From the NCBI GenBank assembly GCA_964016885.1, contig OZ024740.1, forward strand, positions 408,084,001-408,148,000: a stretch of DNA of 64,000 nucleotides, written 5' to 3'. A model generated the notes under the pieces. That model searched no databases. It was given only the letters and a program-made list of their open reading frames with translations, and was not told where the DNA came from. The translations under genes and the position numbers were made by a program. This stretch comes from Eledone cirrhosa (taxonomy: Eukaryota). Every line of letters starts with the position of its first letter. The stretch's first letter is position 1. Below, piece after piece: positions 51,901-62,591 of this stretch.

Positions 51901-53138
51901 GTCACAATGTTGTCCAACGTGACCGTTTAGGTCGCCTGCAATAATTATATAGTCTCTGTCGGTTATTTGGGAGGTAGTGAGCATCAGTGTCTCATAGAAT
52001 CTGTCTTTTATAGTGCCGGGCAGTCCGGATTGGGGTGCGTACGCGGATATTACTGTCACCGTAGTTCTATTGAGGACAAGTCTTATTTTAATTATTCTGT
52101 CGTTCACTCTATTTACGTCTATTATCTTATCTGCCCACTTTTCTGCTACCATGATTCCTACTCCACCCAGCCCATTGTCATTTCCCACCCAGAAAAGCTT
52201 ATAGCATCGTTTTCTACCCACAATGTATCTAGCAGATCCACCCCTCCAGCTGGTCTCTTGGATACAACAAACATCGACCTCCTTACGTTCAAGCATTTCT
52301 ACAACCTCGTTAGAGCGACCCTTTAAGGTGCCTACATTCAAGGTACCAACTCTGAAGTTTTGGATTGCGTTTGGAGGGTGGGAACAGTGGGGAGTGGGGG
52401 TGGGGGTGGGGTGGGGGGGTTATGTTAGCCATCCGCGGCCGAAACAAAGAGGCATGCTCGCATTTTCGTCCACGAGGTGTGATTGTCTTTAACTTTGGGA
52501 TTGTCGCTGAGCGTCCAGATTTTTCTCTCTTCAACTGTCCGGAACTCCGTAGCCCTTCCATCCTACATATCGAAGGCTACCAGGTAAGCGATAGTATAGG
52601 CCTCTGGCTTATGATTGGTCCACGTAATAATAATGGTGGTGTGTGGGGGCGGGAGGGAGGGGTGTTGAGTTGTGAGCGAGCGAGAAGATAGGTTTTAAGT
52701 GAGAACCCCGTATTAACGAACAAAAATACAAGATTTGTTTAGCAAATATACGACAAAAACTCCGTATTTTTACAATCATGACAGAATACAAGAGATTTGT
52801 TTTGGAAAATACATGGGGAATGGAAAGAGGATAGAAAAAAAATGCTGTTGGAAGGGCTGACTACGGAGTTAGGCGTATGTTAGAAGAGGTGGAAAAATGA
52901 GTACATTACATTTTAACCATGAATGGATGAAGTTACAGCCACAAGTTTGGCGAAAGTGAATTACTTTGTCTTATATATGTATCTGGGTTGGGTAGAGAGA
53001 GAGAGAGGGGTGGGGGGTGGTGGTGGTGGTGGTGATTTGACCGCATGTTGTAGAAAATGGTGGATGGGAAGGAGATATTAAGGAGCGGGGATAAGAGTTT
53101 GAAATAGTAACATATATTGAAATATTGTTAAGAGTTTA
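48951..53138 (-). mobile_element. Near full-length RTE-clade LINE (family 1)
   Basis: APE endonuclease plus RT ORF, 3' UTR with stem-loop and (GAT)n tail, flanked by (TA)n. The 5' boundary is approximate. Confidence 0.93.
49309..52380 (-). pseudogene. RTE ORF (APE endonuclease + reverse transcriptase with PHD-like insert) with one in-frame TGA
   Basis: GTLNVGTL, CIQET, SAYAPQ, GDLNGHVG, SQVDY (EN); FVDLEKAFDRV, QGSVLSPLLF, LYADDL (RT). The 186-aa and 820-aa ORFs share a frame, separated only by TGA at 51783-51781. Confidence 0.93.
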
Positions 53139-53261
53139 TTATATATATATTATATATATTATATATATTATATATATATTATATATATTATATATATATA
53201 TATATATAAATATATATAATATATATATATATATAAATATATATAATATATATATATATAT

Positions 53262-54560
53262 ATTTATTAAAATAACAGATTAAAGTTTAAGCAAAGAACC
53301 GCTGCTTTCACCCTTAACGGGATCTTCTGACCATGTGACCTCTGCGCCGCTGAGGCCCTGGAAATACTCTACGCCACAGACCACATCTTAAACAAAATAT
53401 CTGAGGCAATTTCGGCTTGTAAACATAAATTGCACAAAACTTTCCTGTATTACAGCCCCACGTTATACCCTAACAGATAGTACGATCTATACGTGGATAT
53501 TTTACGTCTCGATGTGGGAGCTAAGTATATGTTTTGTTTATACCTTTACTTATTTGCATAGGTAAGTATATATTATCCGTATGTTTTGTGAAGGTACGTA
53601 TACCTTCTCGTACGTATAGTTGAATGTTATGACGTATAAATTTTTTTATATATTCTGGTACATATGGTTCGGCTATGTGTATACGGGAGTTTTGCGTCTG
53701 TGTGAGTATGCAGGTTCGTACGTATGTAGGGTGTGTGTATATGTGTACTTCATGTTTTGGTTGACTTACGTCTCCGAACATTCGTGTATTGACATGTAGG
53801 TATGTGTGTGCGCTTGTTATATACGTATTTATTTATTTATATATGTTTATATAATTATTTATTTATTTGTATACACGCTTACACACACACACATATTTAT
53901 ATGTGCGTGGTTTTGTTTACCTATGGTAAGTTTTTGCGTATGCTTGTGTATGTACGTTTCTGTATGCGTGTATGTATTTATTTATTTCTATTACTTCTGT
54001 ATTGTATTTATTTACTTTGTTCTTAACTCTGTAGCGGAGATTCATTCGGTCTCCTAGTTAGAATTTAGTCTACGACTTCTGCTATACCATTTACGTGGTT
54101 TTGTCTTTGCGTGCTATTGTTCTCCACGTTCCACATATGACGTATTATCTTCGTTTTTTTCGTTCATCGCCAGAGAACGTCTCTATGCACCACCTAAGAG
54201 AACATTAGTCTACGACCTCTATTATACCATAAACGTGGTTCTGTCTTTGCGCGTAATTGTTTTTCACCGCTCCTATTAATGACGTATTATTCCTTTTTTC
54301 CCGTTCTTAGCCAGCGAACGTTTCCATGAACCTAAGTATCGTCTTCCTGTCTTCCTCCGGTTGCAACGTTTTTTGAAATATCCAGTTCTGCGTTTACAGA
54401 TTGACTTTGTTAGTTTCAGAAGATCCCGTTAAGGGTGAAAGCAGCGATTCTTTGCTTAAACTTTAATCTGTTATTTTAATAAATATTTGCTCTACGGTTC
54501 TTATATATTTGATATATATTTATCCTTATCGAGCCCTCTTTGGATTTTAGTCTTCAAATT
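53262..54560 (+). mobile_element. 5'-truncated Penelope-like element (Naiad-like) with an inverted partial terminal repeat
   Basis: ~53331-53480 reads PCDLCAAEALEILYATDHILNKISEAISACKHKLHKTFLYY..*, a CxLC..E..I..LN..E..C.H GIY-YIG C-terminus. 53262-53329 is the reverse complement of 54416-54484. Confidence 0.75.
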
Positions 54561-54573
54561 TATTATTATTACT

Positions 54574-54605
<32 letters not shown>

Positions 54606-54934
54606 ATATATATTTATATATATATATATAATATATATTTATATAATAATAATAATAATAATAATGAAATTATTGTGTACAGTGCTCAGGTGCACTACAA
54701 CTCATCAAAGGTGCATGTATAGTACATAGAATAATGTACAAATGTCAGGAAAATAAACAGTGTATGAGTCATGATATAATAACAATAACGAAATATTGTG
54801 CACAGTGCCCAGGTGCACCACAACTCATCAAAAAAGTGCATGTACAGTACATAGGGCAATGCACAAACATCAGTAAAATGAACAGTGCACGAGTCATGAT
54901 ACACACATGTGTGCATGTGTATGGAAGGGGTACA

Positions 54935-57757
54935 TCAGGTGTAGTTTTGGCGTATTTTGGGAAGCATGAGTGTCTTAAAGGATGCAGTGTCTCGGCAGCT
55001 AACAATTGACGCAGGCAGTTTGTTCCATGCTTCAGCAACTCTGAGCGTGAAAAAATGTCTGCGAAAGTCATGGGAGCTGTGCTGTTTTCTTATCTTGTAG
55101 GCATGTCCACGTGTGTTAGACACATGGAGATCAAAGAGGCGCTCAGGGTTGCAGTTGGCGAGATGGTTAAAAACTTTGTGGGTATTCACCAAGTCCATTG
55201 CCAGACGTCGGAGCTTCAATGAATCCATGCCCAGGGAAGCAAGGCGTTCAGAGTATGGTAGGTGTCTGATGGAGGGTATGCGCTTGGTTGCACGTCTCTG
55301 AACAGTTTCCAGGAAGTCAATGTTCCGAGCAAGATAGGGGTTCCAGACTGATGATGCGAATTCCAAGTGTGGTTGCACCATAGCTGTATACAGTTTTAAA
55401 TAGATGGCTGGAGAGCGGCTAACAAAGGTCTTGCTGAGTGATGCCAAGACACCCTCGGCCTTCTTGACAATCTTAGAGACATGCTTTGTCCAACGCAAAT
55501 CGTTGCTGACAGTAATGCCCAGGTCACGTTCACAAGAGGACTTTTTGATGTCAGTGTTGTGGAGGGAGTATGTGGACGCTGGATTTTTCCTTCCAAAATG
55601 CATGGTGGTACACTTGTCCACAGCCAGCTTCAGTTGCCAGTCTGTGATCCATTGCTGCATTGTGTCCAGGTCTGATTGTAGGAAAGAGTTGTAAATTTCA
55701 GGATCAGTCCTTTTGATTTCAAGGTACAGCTTGATGTCATCTGCATATTTTAGTACCGTGGCATTCTGTAAGTTGGCATCTATGTCATTAATATATGCCA
55801 CAAACAAAAGAGGACCAAGAACAGATCCCTGTGGTACACCAGATGACATCTCATATGGTGAAGAATGCTGTCCTAGAACCGTGACTACTTCCTTTCGGCT
55901 GAGAATGAAGGATTTCAGCCAGTCGAAAAGATCATCCCTCACACCCATTGCAGAGAGTTTTGCCATAAGTCTTTTGTGTGGCACAGAATTAAAAGCCTTA
56001 GCAAAGTCAAGGTAAACAACATCCACCCATGAGCCGCTGTCAGTGATCCGGGTGATGTCCTCAAGAAACTCGATAAGCTGATCACAGCAGCTGGAGTTAG
56101 GGATAAATCCAAACTGTGAGGGCCGGATGAGGCTGTGAGAGCTCCAGAAGTTCCAAAGTGTTTCTCTGACACAGGATTCCATCAGTTTGGCCATACAGCT
56201 AGTAAGACTGACTGGACGATAGTTGACAGGTGACATGCGGTTGCCCTTTTTGAACAGGGGAATGACACTGGCAGTTTTCCACTGCTCCGGAGTAGCACCA
56301 TTGCTGAGACAGTATTGAAAGAAAAAAGAAAGCTGGCGCAAAAGGAAATCCCCGCCACGTTTGAGAAGCAGGTATGTCACACCATCAAGACCAGGGGAGG
56401 CATAGTTGCGCTTATTCTTAAGGTGACGTCGCAACATTGCAGGTGTAAATTCCATAGTTGTTATGGAATTTGATGTTAGAGATGGTGGAGATGGTACATT
56501 CTGGTCTTCAACAGTAAAAATATTTGCATAGCACTCAGCAATGAGTTCTGCGCATTCCTTGGGATCGTCAGTGATCTGGCTTGTGTGGGGATTGCGAAGA
56601 GGACCAACTGGAGAGTGAGGTCTCTGCTTTGAATGAACATATTTCCAGAACACCTTACTGTCAGGATTGGTTGCGATGCACTGTTCAAATTCAAGCACTG
56701 CCCTCTTTGTCACTTGCTTGAGATGGTTAGAAGATTTATTCCGCTTTTTTCTGTTGGCATCTGATCTATGCAGTTTATATTCCCGTTCAGCGTTCCGACG
56801 TTCCCTCCTGGCAAGTCGAACCGCTGAAGTTTCCCAGATTGCACTTTTGGGGTGGTTATTTTTCCGCTTCCGTGGCACTGATGCTGCACACGCTATCCAT
56901 ATTGAGTCCAGGATGCTCTGGAGTATAGAGTTCACATCTCCAGAGTTATACATCTCATGCCAGTTTGGGCGCTGTAGCTCAGTGCAGTACAAGTTCCAAT
57001 CCGCCCTCTTCCAATCAAAGCAAGCAGATTGGAGATGGCCCTGGTTTTTGTTGCTGCCCTCAAGTGCCAGATTGGCAATGATCATAGCATGATCAGAGTC
57101 GCCTAGAGGTTCCTCAGTAGTACAACTGATAACCACTTCAGGAGTAGTGGTGAAGATCAGGTCCAAAGTGTTGTCACCTCTTGTTGGAGAGGTGACTACT
57201 TGTGACCAGTTTGAGTCCAGCACTAGTTCAAGGAAATCGTTTGCACCCTGTGGCCAACGAAAGGTTTCCCAATCGATCTCAGGATGATTGAAGTCACCTG
57301 CAATAAACACATAAGTGGCTGTTTTCTTGGCAGCAACTCTGAGGATATCGCAAAGCTGTGTGTCCTGATGGTAGTTTGGGGGTCGATAAACAACACCAAG
57401 CAGAAGTGTTGACATGGTCATACGTATGTCACAGAAAAAAACTTCTTCCTGTGATTCGTTCAAATCAACGCAAGGAATTACCGAAAAGTTTGAACGAACG
57501 TAGACCATCACACCACCACCACGGCGGTTAATGCGGAAAAGGTTGTACCCAGTAATGGTGAAAACCCCATCACAGAGTAAGGAATGTGCCCATGTTTCCG
57601 TGACTGTGATGAAGTCAGGGTCGATGCTTCTGACGTAGGATTCGAACAGATGTATCTTGTTGCATAAACTGCGAGCATTTAATGACAACAATTTGTACCC
57701 TGCTCGCAGTTTATGATGGTGTGTAGAGGGTGGCAGGTTGTTCTGGTTTAGTTTCCC
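54935..57757 (-). CDS. CR1 ORF2: APE endonuclease + reverse transcriptase, uninterrupted
   Basis: LNARSL, VTETW, VYRPP, AGDFNHP, LDLIF, SDH (EN); NYRPVSLTS, YLDFAKAFNSV, GVPQGSVLGPLLF, YADDIK, RDLGI, WNKLP (RT). The frame is open from ~57799 with no ATG until 57508. Confidence 0.93.
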   Translation of the reverse strand, partial: GKLNQNNLPPSTHHHKLRAGYKLLSLNARSLCNKIHLFESYVRSIDPDFITVTETWAHSLLCDGVFTITGYNLFRINRRGGGVMVYVRSNFSVIPCVDLNESQEEVFFCDIRMTMSTLLLGVVYRPPNYHQDTQLCDILRVAAKKTATYVFIAGDFNHPEIDWETFRWPQGANDFLELVLDSNWSQVVTSPTRGDNTLDLIFTTTPEVVISCTTEEPLGDSDHAMIIANLALEGSNKNQGHLQSACFDWKRADWNLYCTELQRPNWHEMYNSGDVNSILQSILDSIWIACAASVPRKRKNNHPKSAIWETSAVRLARRERRNAEREYKLHRSDANRKKRNKSSNHLKQVTKRAVLEFEQCIATNPDSKVFWKYVHSKQRPHSPVGPLRNPHTSQITDDPKECAELIAECYANIFTVEDQNVPSPPSLTSNSITTMEFTPAMLRRHLKNKRNYASPGLDGVTYLLLKRGGDFLLRQLSFFFQYCLSNGATPEQWKTASVIPLFKKGNRMSPVNYRPVSLTSCMAKLMESCVRETLWNFWSSHSLIRPSQFGFIPNSSCCDQLIEFLEDITRITDSGSWVDVVYLDFAKAFNSVPHKRLMAKLSAMGVRDDLFDWLKSFILSRKEVVTVLGQHSSPYEMSSGVPQGSVLGPLLFVAYINDIDANLQNATVLKYADDIKLYLEIKRTDPEIYNSFLQSDLDTMQQWITDWQLKLAVDKCTTMHFGRKNPASTYSLHNTDIKKSSCERDLGITVSNDLRWTKHVSKIVKKAEGVLASLSKTFVSRSPAIYLKLYTAMVQPHLEFASSVWNPYLARNIDFLETVQRRATKRIPSIRHLPYSERLASLGMDSLKLRRLAMDLVNTHKVFNHLANCNPERLFDLHVSNTRGHAYKIRKQHSSHDFRRHFFTLRVAEAWNKLPASIVSCRDTASFKTLMLPKIRQNYT

Positions 57758-59124
57758 AGAGTTGTAGCAGTTTTTACATTGCCAGTTATTGCGGGTAGAT
57801 CACACTCAGACCAGCTGGTATCTCTCTTCCACGTTTCACCAGCCTTGACAAACCTCCAGATCTGCCCATCATCACGCAGACTGAAACTTTCATCTTGTGC
57901 TGAGTTCCGATTCAAGGAAGCTGCAGCACGTAGTTTTGGACGTACATGGGGTGGTAGGCCTGGGCGTGTTCGGAAGGTAATCCGATTTTCACGCCCAGCT
58001 TTAGCAGAGGCCAGATGATATGAGGTTGCCTCTGCGGGGTCCGAGAAAGACAGCCTGATGAGTCTGGGTTTTGGACCAGGTCGACCAAGGCGGAGGGCAC
58101 CCTTTGGGGGAACACAGTCTAGGTCTTTGGCTGAGCTGGCAGCAAATGCCTGAAGATCAGCCTTGTCCTCTGGTACCCCAATGGCAATCACTTCATGGGT
58201 AGCAGATTCCGCAGTCTTTTCAGTCTTTCCAGCAAGAGGTACAGGGAGATTCTTTAGCAAGGCATTCCGATAAGACCCCTCATTGTGGGGTCCTACCCGA
58301 ATGCTTGCCTCTATTCCTGCAACTTCCCTTCTCAGAGCAGAAATCATTAGTTGCAGTTCCGCAAAATCTGTACTGGTCGGTTGTTGTTGTTGCTGTTGTT
58401 GTTGCTGCTGCTGCTGCTGCTGTCGTTGTTGGTGATGATGATGTTCCTCCACGGGAATGGCAGGGGAGGACACAGTCGCAGGTTGTTGCTGTTGTTGGTG
58501 ATGATGATGTTCCTCCACGGGAATGGCAGGGGAGGACACAGTCGCAGGTTGTTGCTGTTGTTGTTGTTGGTGATGATGATGTTCCTCCACGGGAATGGTA
58601 GGGGAAGACACAGTCACCAGTTGTTGGTGTCGAGATGTACTGGGAGTGGAAGACATGGGTTGTTGTTGTTTCTGATGTTCTCCCACAGGAATAACAGTAG
58701 AAGCCAGTGTCATGGGTTTTTGCCGTTGTTCAGTAACAATGGTAGAAGAAGACACAGTCATTGGTTTTTGTTGTTGTTGTTGTTTTTCAATAACATTAAT
58801 AACATTCGTGGAGGCAGGCACACAGGCCAGACACTGAAAGGACCAGGATTTTAGCTGGACCATCTCCCATATTCCATCCATCATAGCATTATGATGTCTC
58901 TTTTTTTGGCCTGGGATCCTCAGGAAGCCTGTGGCGCATTCAAGGCAGACAGAGATGCGACAGGTTCCACATTCGACCCAGCGATTACGGAACGAGTTTT
59001 CGGGTTCCGCACAGATATGGCAGATGTGATTTTCTGGGCAATGTTCTATCTTGGGACATCGGCCGGTTTTGTCGCATATTTCATCGATGGATATCACCAT
59101 GGCAATTTTGTTATTTCTACCCAT
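57748..59124 (-). CDS. CR1 ORF1: PHD-like Cys/His finger, Q/H-rich repeats, coiled coil, C-terminal RNA-binding-type region
   Basis: CHIC...WVECGTC...CLEC...FQCLAC, polyQ, ELQLMISALRREV and RLGRPGPKPRLIRLSF. First ATG at 59124 (MGRNNK); ends LGN*. Confidence 0.85.
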   Translation of the reverse strand: MGRNNKIAMVISIDEICDKTGRCPKIEHCPENHICHICAEPENSFRNRWVECGTCRISVCLECATGFLRIPGQKKRHHNAMMDGIWEMVQLKSWSFQCLACVPASTNVINVIEKQQQQQKPMTVSSSTIVTEQRQKPMTLASTVIPVGEHQKQQQPMSSTPSTSRHQQLVTVSSPTIPVEEHHHHQQQQQQQPATVSSPAIPVEEHHHHQQQQQPATVSSPAIPVEEHHHHQQRQQQQQQQQQQQQQQPTSTDFAELQLMISALRREVAGIEASIRVGPHNEGSYRNALLKNLPVPLAGKTEKTAESATHEVIAIGVPEDKADLQAFAASSAKDLDCVPPKGALRLGRPGPKPRLIRLSFSDPAEATSYHLASAKAGRENRITFRTRPGLPPHVRPKLRAAASLNRNSAQDESFSLRDDGQIWRFVKAGETWKRDTSWSECDLPAITGNVKTATTLGN

Positions 59125-60283
59125 CCGTAGAAAAACACAGAATGTAAACAATATAGGTTTAGCGCACTTGATTACGATAGAAATAAAATGTCTGTTTTTT
59201 TGTGTATTTTGTTTCCGTTTTCCTAAATGTTGTGTGTGTACAGAAGAGTCTGAATTACATTACATGTAAACAAATAAATATGCTGCGTAAGTTAAATGAA
59301 ACGTACTGTAGAAGGCAGTTGTTTATTAACAGCGAAATAAGGTTTTTTTTTGGTTTTTTTTCCCTTGATACTGCTTCTTTATAGTAAACTTTCAATAATA
59401 TTTTTTTTTCCAAATTATTAACTTTCAGCTGCTAGTATATATATATAATTAAAAGGTGTATGTGGGTTAGAAGCGAGGTCAATGTTAAGAAATATTTTAC
59501 CAATGTAAATTAGTAAAATTGGCCGGTATAGTGTCTCACACGAAATAGTGTGGTTTCTTTTCACGTGTGTGTATATGCATATGGTATGTATCTGTATATA
59601 AATCTGTGTGTATATTGTTGTTTATATGTTTTGTGGAGTACTTACTGCGATCCTTAAGGGATGTAGTGATTTGTTTTGTTTTTTTTCCCTTTTTTCCCCG
59701 TCCATGTCCACACGTGGTTTGTTGGCGAAAATCAAGTCAAATTATATATACTTCGTTAAAATAATTCTATCTTGAAACTGGTACTAGTTGTCAGGGAACA
59801 GTGAAAGTAATTGTGATAATGAATATTGTAATCCATCTGACATGTGTTTAAAGGGCAGTTTTTGGTGAAAATATTATATTTTGTTCGGTCAAGACGTGGT
59901 CAAGCGACCTTCCTTGTCGCCATGTTAACTCCCTTTTTGATTTTTATATATATATATAATATATATTTATATATATGTATATATAATATATATTTATATA
60001 TATATATATATAATATATATTTATATATATATATATATTATATATATTTATATATATATATATATTATATATTTATATATATATATATATTATATATATT
60101 TATATATATATATTATATATATTTATATATATAATAACTAGAGGTTGATTAACATATAAATATACATGAATAATCACAGGAGATAATTTTTGCTCGCGTG
60201 TAACCATATATATATATATTTATATATATATATATTATATATATTTATATATGTATAACTATGTTATATATTTATATATATAT

Positions 60284-61790
60284 ATCATCATCATCATCAC
60301 CGTTTTACGTCCGTTCTTCCACGCTAGCATGGGTTAGACGGGTTGTCCTGTTGTGGGCAGTGTCTGGTCGACTGACCATGCCTTGCTCATACAGGAACTG
60401 ATCTGGCTTGATTTCTACAGCTGGATACCCTTCCTAACACCAACCTCATTTACAGTGAGTGCTGGGTGCTTTTTTGTGGCGCCTACACGTCCACTTTACA
60501 GTGTGGGCTGGGTGCTTTTTTGCCGTGGCACCTCCATGACCACCTTGCGGTGGGGGGTGTGGGGGCATATTGTTTATATGCTTTAGCTTGTAGCCATGGG
60601 AGGTCGGGTACTCTGTATTACTGCGTGACGCCAGAGGTCACGGTCGTGTGTCATTGCCTTTGAGAGGTGTAATTGGGTAAGGTCGGCTTTTATCACCTCA
60701 TCCCAGGTCATTTGGGTCTCCCCACTCCGCGGTTTCCATCGACTTCTAGTGCTCTGCACCTTTTTATGCAGCTGTCATCCTTCAAACGCATCACATGTCA
60801 ATACCAGCGCAACCGCCTCTCCTGCACACAGCATTTGATTCCTCTTATGCTCAGTCTCTCTCTCAATTCATTTATGCTTTGTCGTTCGCGTATATTACTG
60901 TTACTCATCCATCGGAACATGCAGGCTTCGTTTCTCTCTAATCTACGTAAGTCTTCCACCTTCAGCGCCCAGGTCTCACTACCATGCAACATCGCTGTTC
61001 GGATACACGCATCATACAGTCTGCCTTTCATTCTGAGGGAGAAGCCTTTTGCAGCTAGCAGTGGTAGTAGTTCCCTAAACTTCTTCCATCCCGTTCTTAC
61101 CCTAGTTATTGTACTTTCTGAACACCCATCTCCGCTGCTAATTCGGTCACCTAGGTAGCAGAAGCTGTCTACTGTTTCTACAGAGCCCTCCCAGAGATTG
61201 GTGGTACTTGTTTCCTGTGGCTGTCCCAGCACAGCTGCTGCATGTGAAGCCTACATCCTTAATTAAGCTTCCTGAGATCCCGCTACATCTCTTGTGTACC
61301 CATTGTTTGCATTTGGGGCAGAGAATGGAGTTCCTACCTACACCTTTCCTACATACTGAGCAAGGCCATTTCCCTGAGGGATCTGGGTTCTGTTTTCTCG
61401 TCTACTTACAAGGACCTTAGTCTTTGTCATGTTGACTTTGAGACCCTTTCTTTCTAGTCCCTGCTTCCAAGTTTGGAATTTATTCTCTAGTTCTCCCATA
61501 GATTCAGCTATAAGTGCGAGGTCATCAGCATACAGGAGTTCCCATGGGCATCTGGTCTTAAACTCCTCCGTTATTGCCTGCAGGACTATGATGAACAGGA
61601 GGGGGCTAAGAACAGAGCCCTGGTGGACTCCAACCTGTACGCTAAATTCCTCGCTATACTCATTGCTAATCCTAACTTTGCTGACTGCTCCCCTATACAT
61701 GGCTTGTACCGCTTTCACAAGCCATTCATCTACTCCTAGTTTTCTAAGAGCCCACCAGATTACAGCACGTGGAACTCTGTCAAAGGCTTG
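60284..61790 (-). mobile_element. 5'-truncated RTE LINE (family 2), frameshifted
   Basis: AFDRVPRAVIWW...QGSVLSPLLF...LYADDL. The 3' part is nearly identical to 42156-43236. Confidence 0.95.
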
Positions 61791-61809
61791 TGCACACACA
61801 CACAAGTTT

Positions 61810-62140
61810 ATAATTGTTTCTACTTTTGGCACAAGGCCAGCAATTATCCCAGTGTATTACTGGTACTTTATTTTATCGACCCCGTAAGGATGAAAGGCAA
61901 AGTTAACCTCGGCGGAATTTGAACTCAGACCATAAAGGGCCGTAACTCTATACTGCAAAGTATGGCATCTGACTCTCTACCAATACTGCCAATCCACCGA
62001 ATAAATTTATAATTGTTTCTATTTTAGGCACAAGGCCAGCAATTACCCAGTACATTACTGGTACTTTATTTTATCGACCCCGTAAGGATGAAAGGCAAAG
62101 TTAACCTCGGCGGGATTTGAACTCAGATCATCCACCGAAT
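61810..62140 (-). mobile_element. Two tandem SINE family B copies (second internally deleted)
   Basis: Both are bounded by TTTATAA...TCCACCGAATAAATTTATAA, suggesting a local duplication. Confidence 0.88.
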
Positions 62141-62334
62141 AAATTTATAAAGGTGCATAGACAGTGACATACATACATAACTTACAACTACATAAATGTA
62201 AACAGACTATATATAACTCTCCGAAACATACATAAAACAATGATATGAATAGGTAAAGTAACTTGACTTTGTTGTTTTTATTTTCATATATACATATATA
62301 TATATATATATACCTAATATATATATATATAAAT

Positions 62335-62369
<35 letters not shown>

Positions 62370-62422
62370 AATATATATATATATAAATATATATATATAA
62401 ATAAATAAATATATATATATAA

Positions 62423-62464
<42 letters not shown>

Positions 62465-62482
62465 TATATATATAAATAAATA

Positions 62483-62518
<36 letters not shown>

Positions 62519-62519
62519 A

Positions 62520-62575
<56 letters not shown>

Positions 62576-62591
62576 ATATATATATATATAT

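Larger units (their letters stand above)
54645..59933 (-). mobile_element. Apparently full-length CR1-group LINE
   Basis: 5' UTR, PHD-type ORF1, EN+RT ORF2, duplicated 3' UTR and (ATT)n tail, flanked by (TA)n. Confidence 0.93.

Noticed and set aside
49601-52492. Many plus-strand ORFs opposite the RTE ORF, and likewise opposite CR1
   Set aside because: Antisense shadows of LINE coding sequence with no independent motifs.
53620-54300. SECIS element in the Naiad-like 3' region (several ATGAC motifs)
   Set aside because: No AAR loop at the right spacing and no matching GA quartet found by eye.
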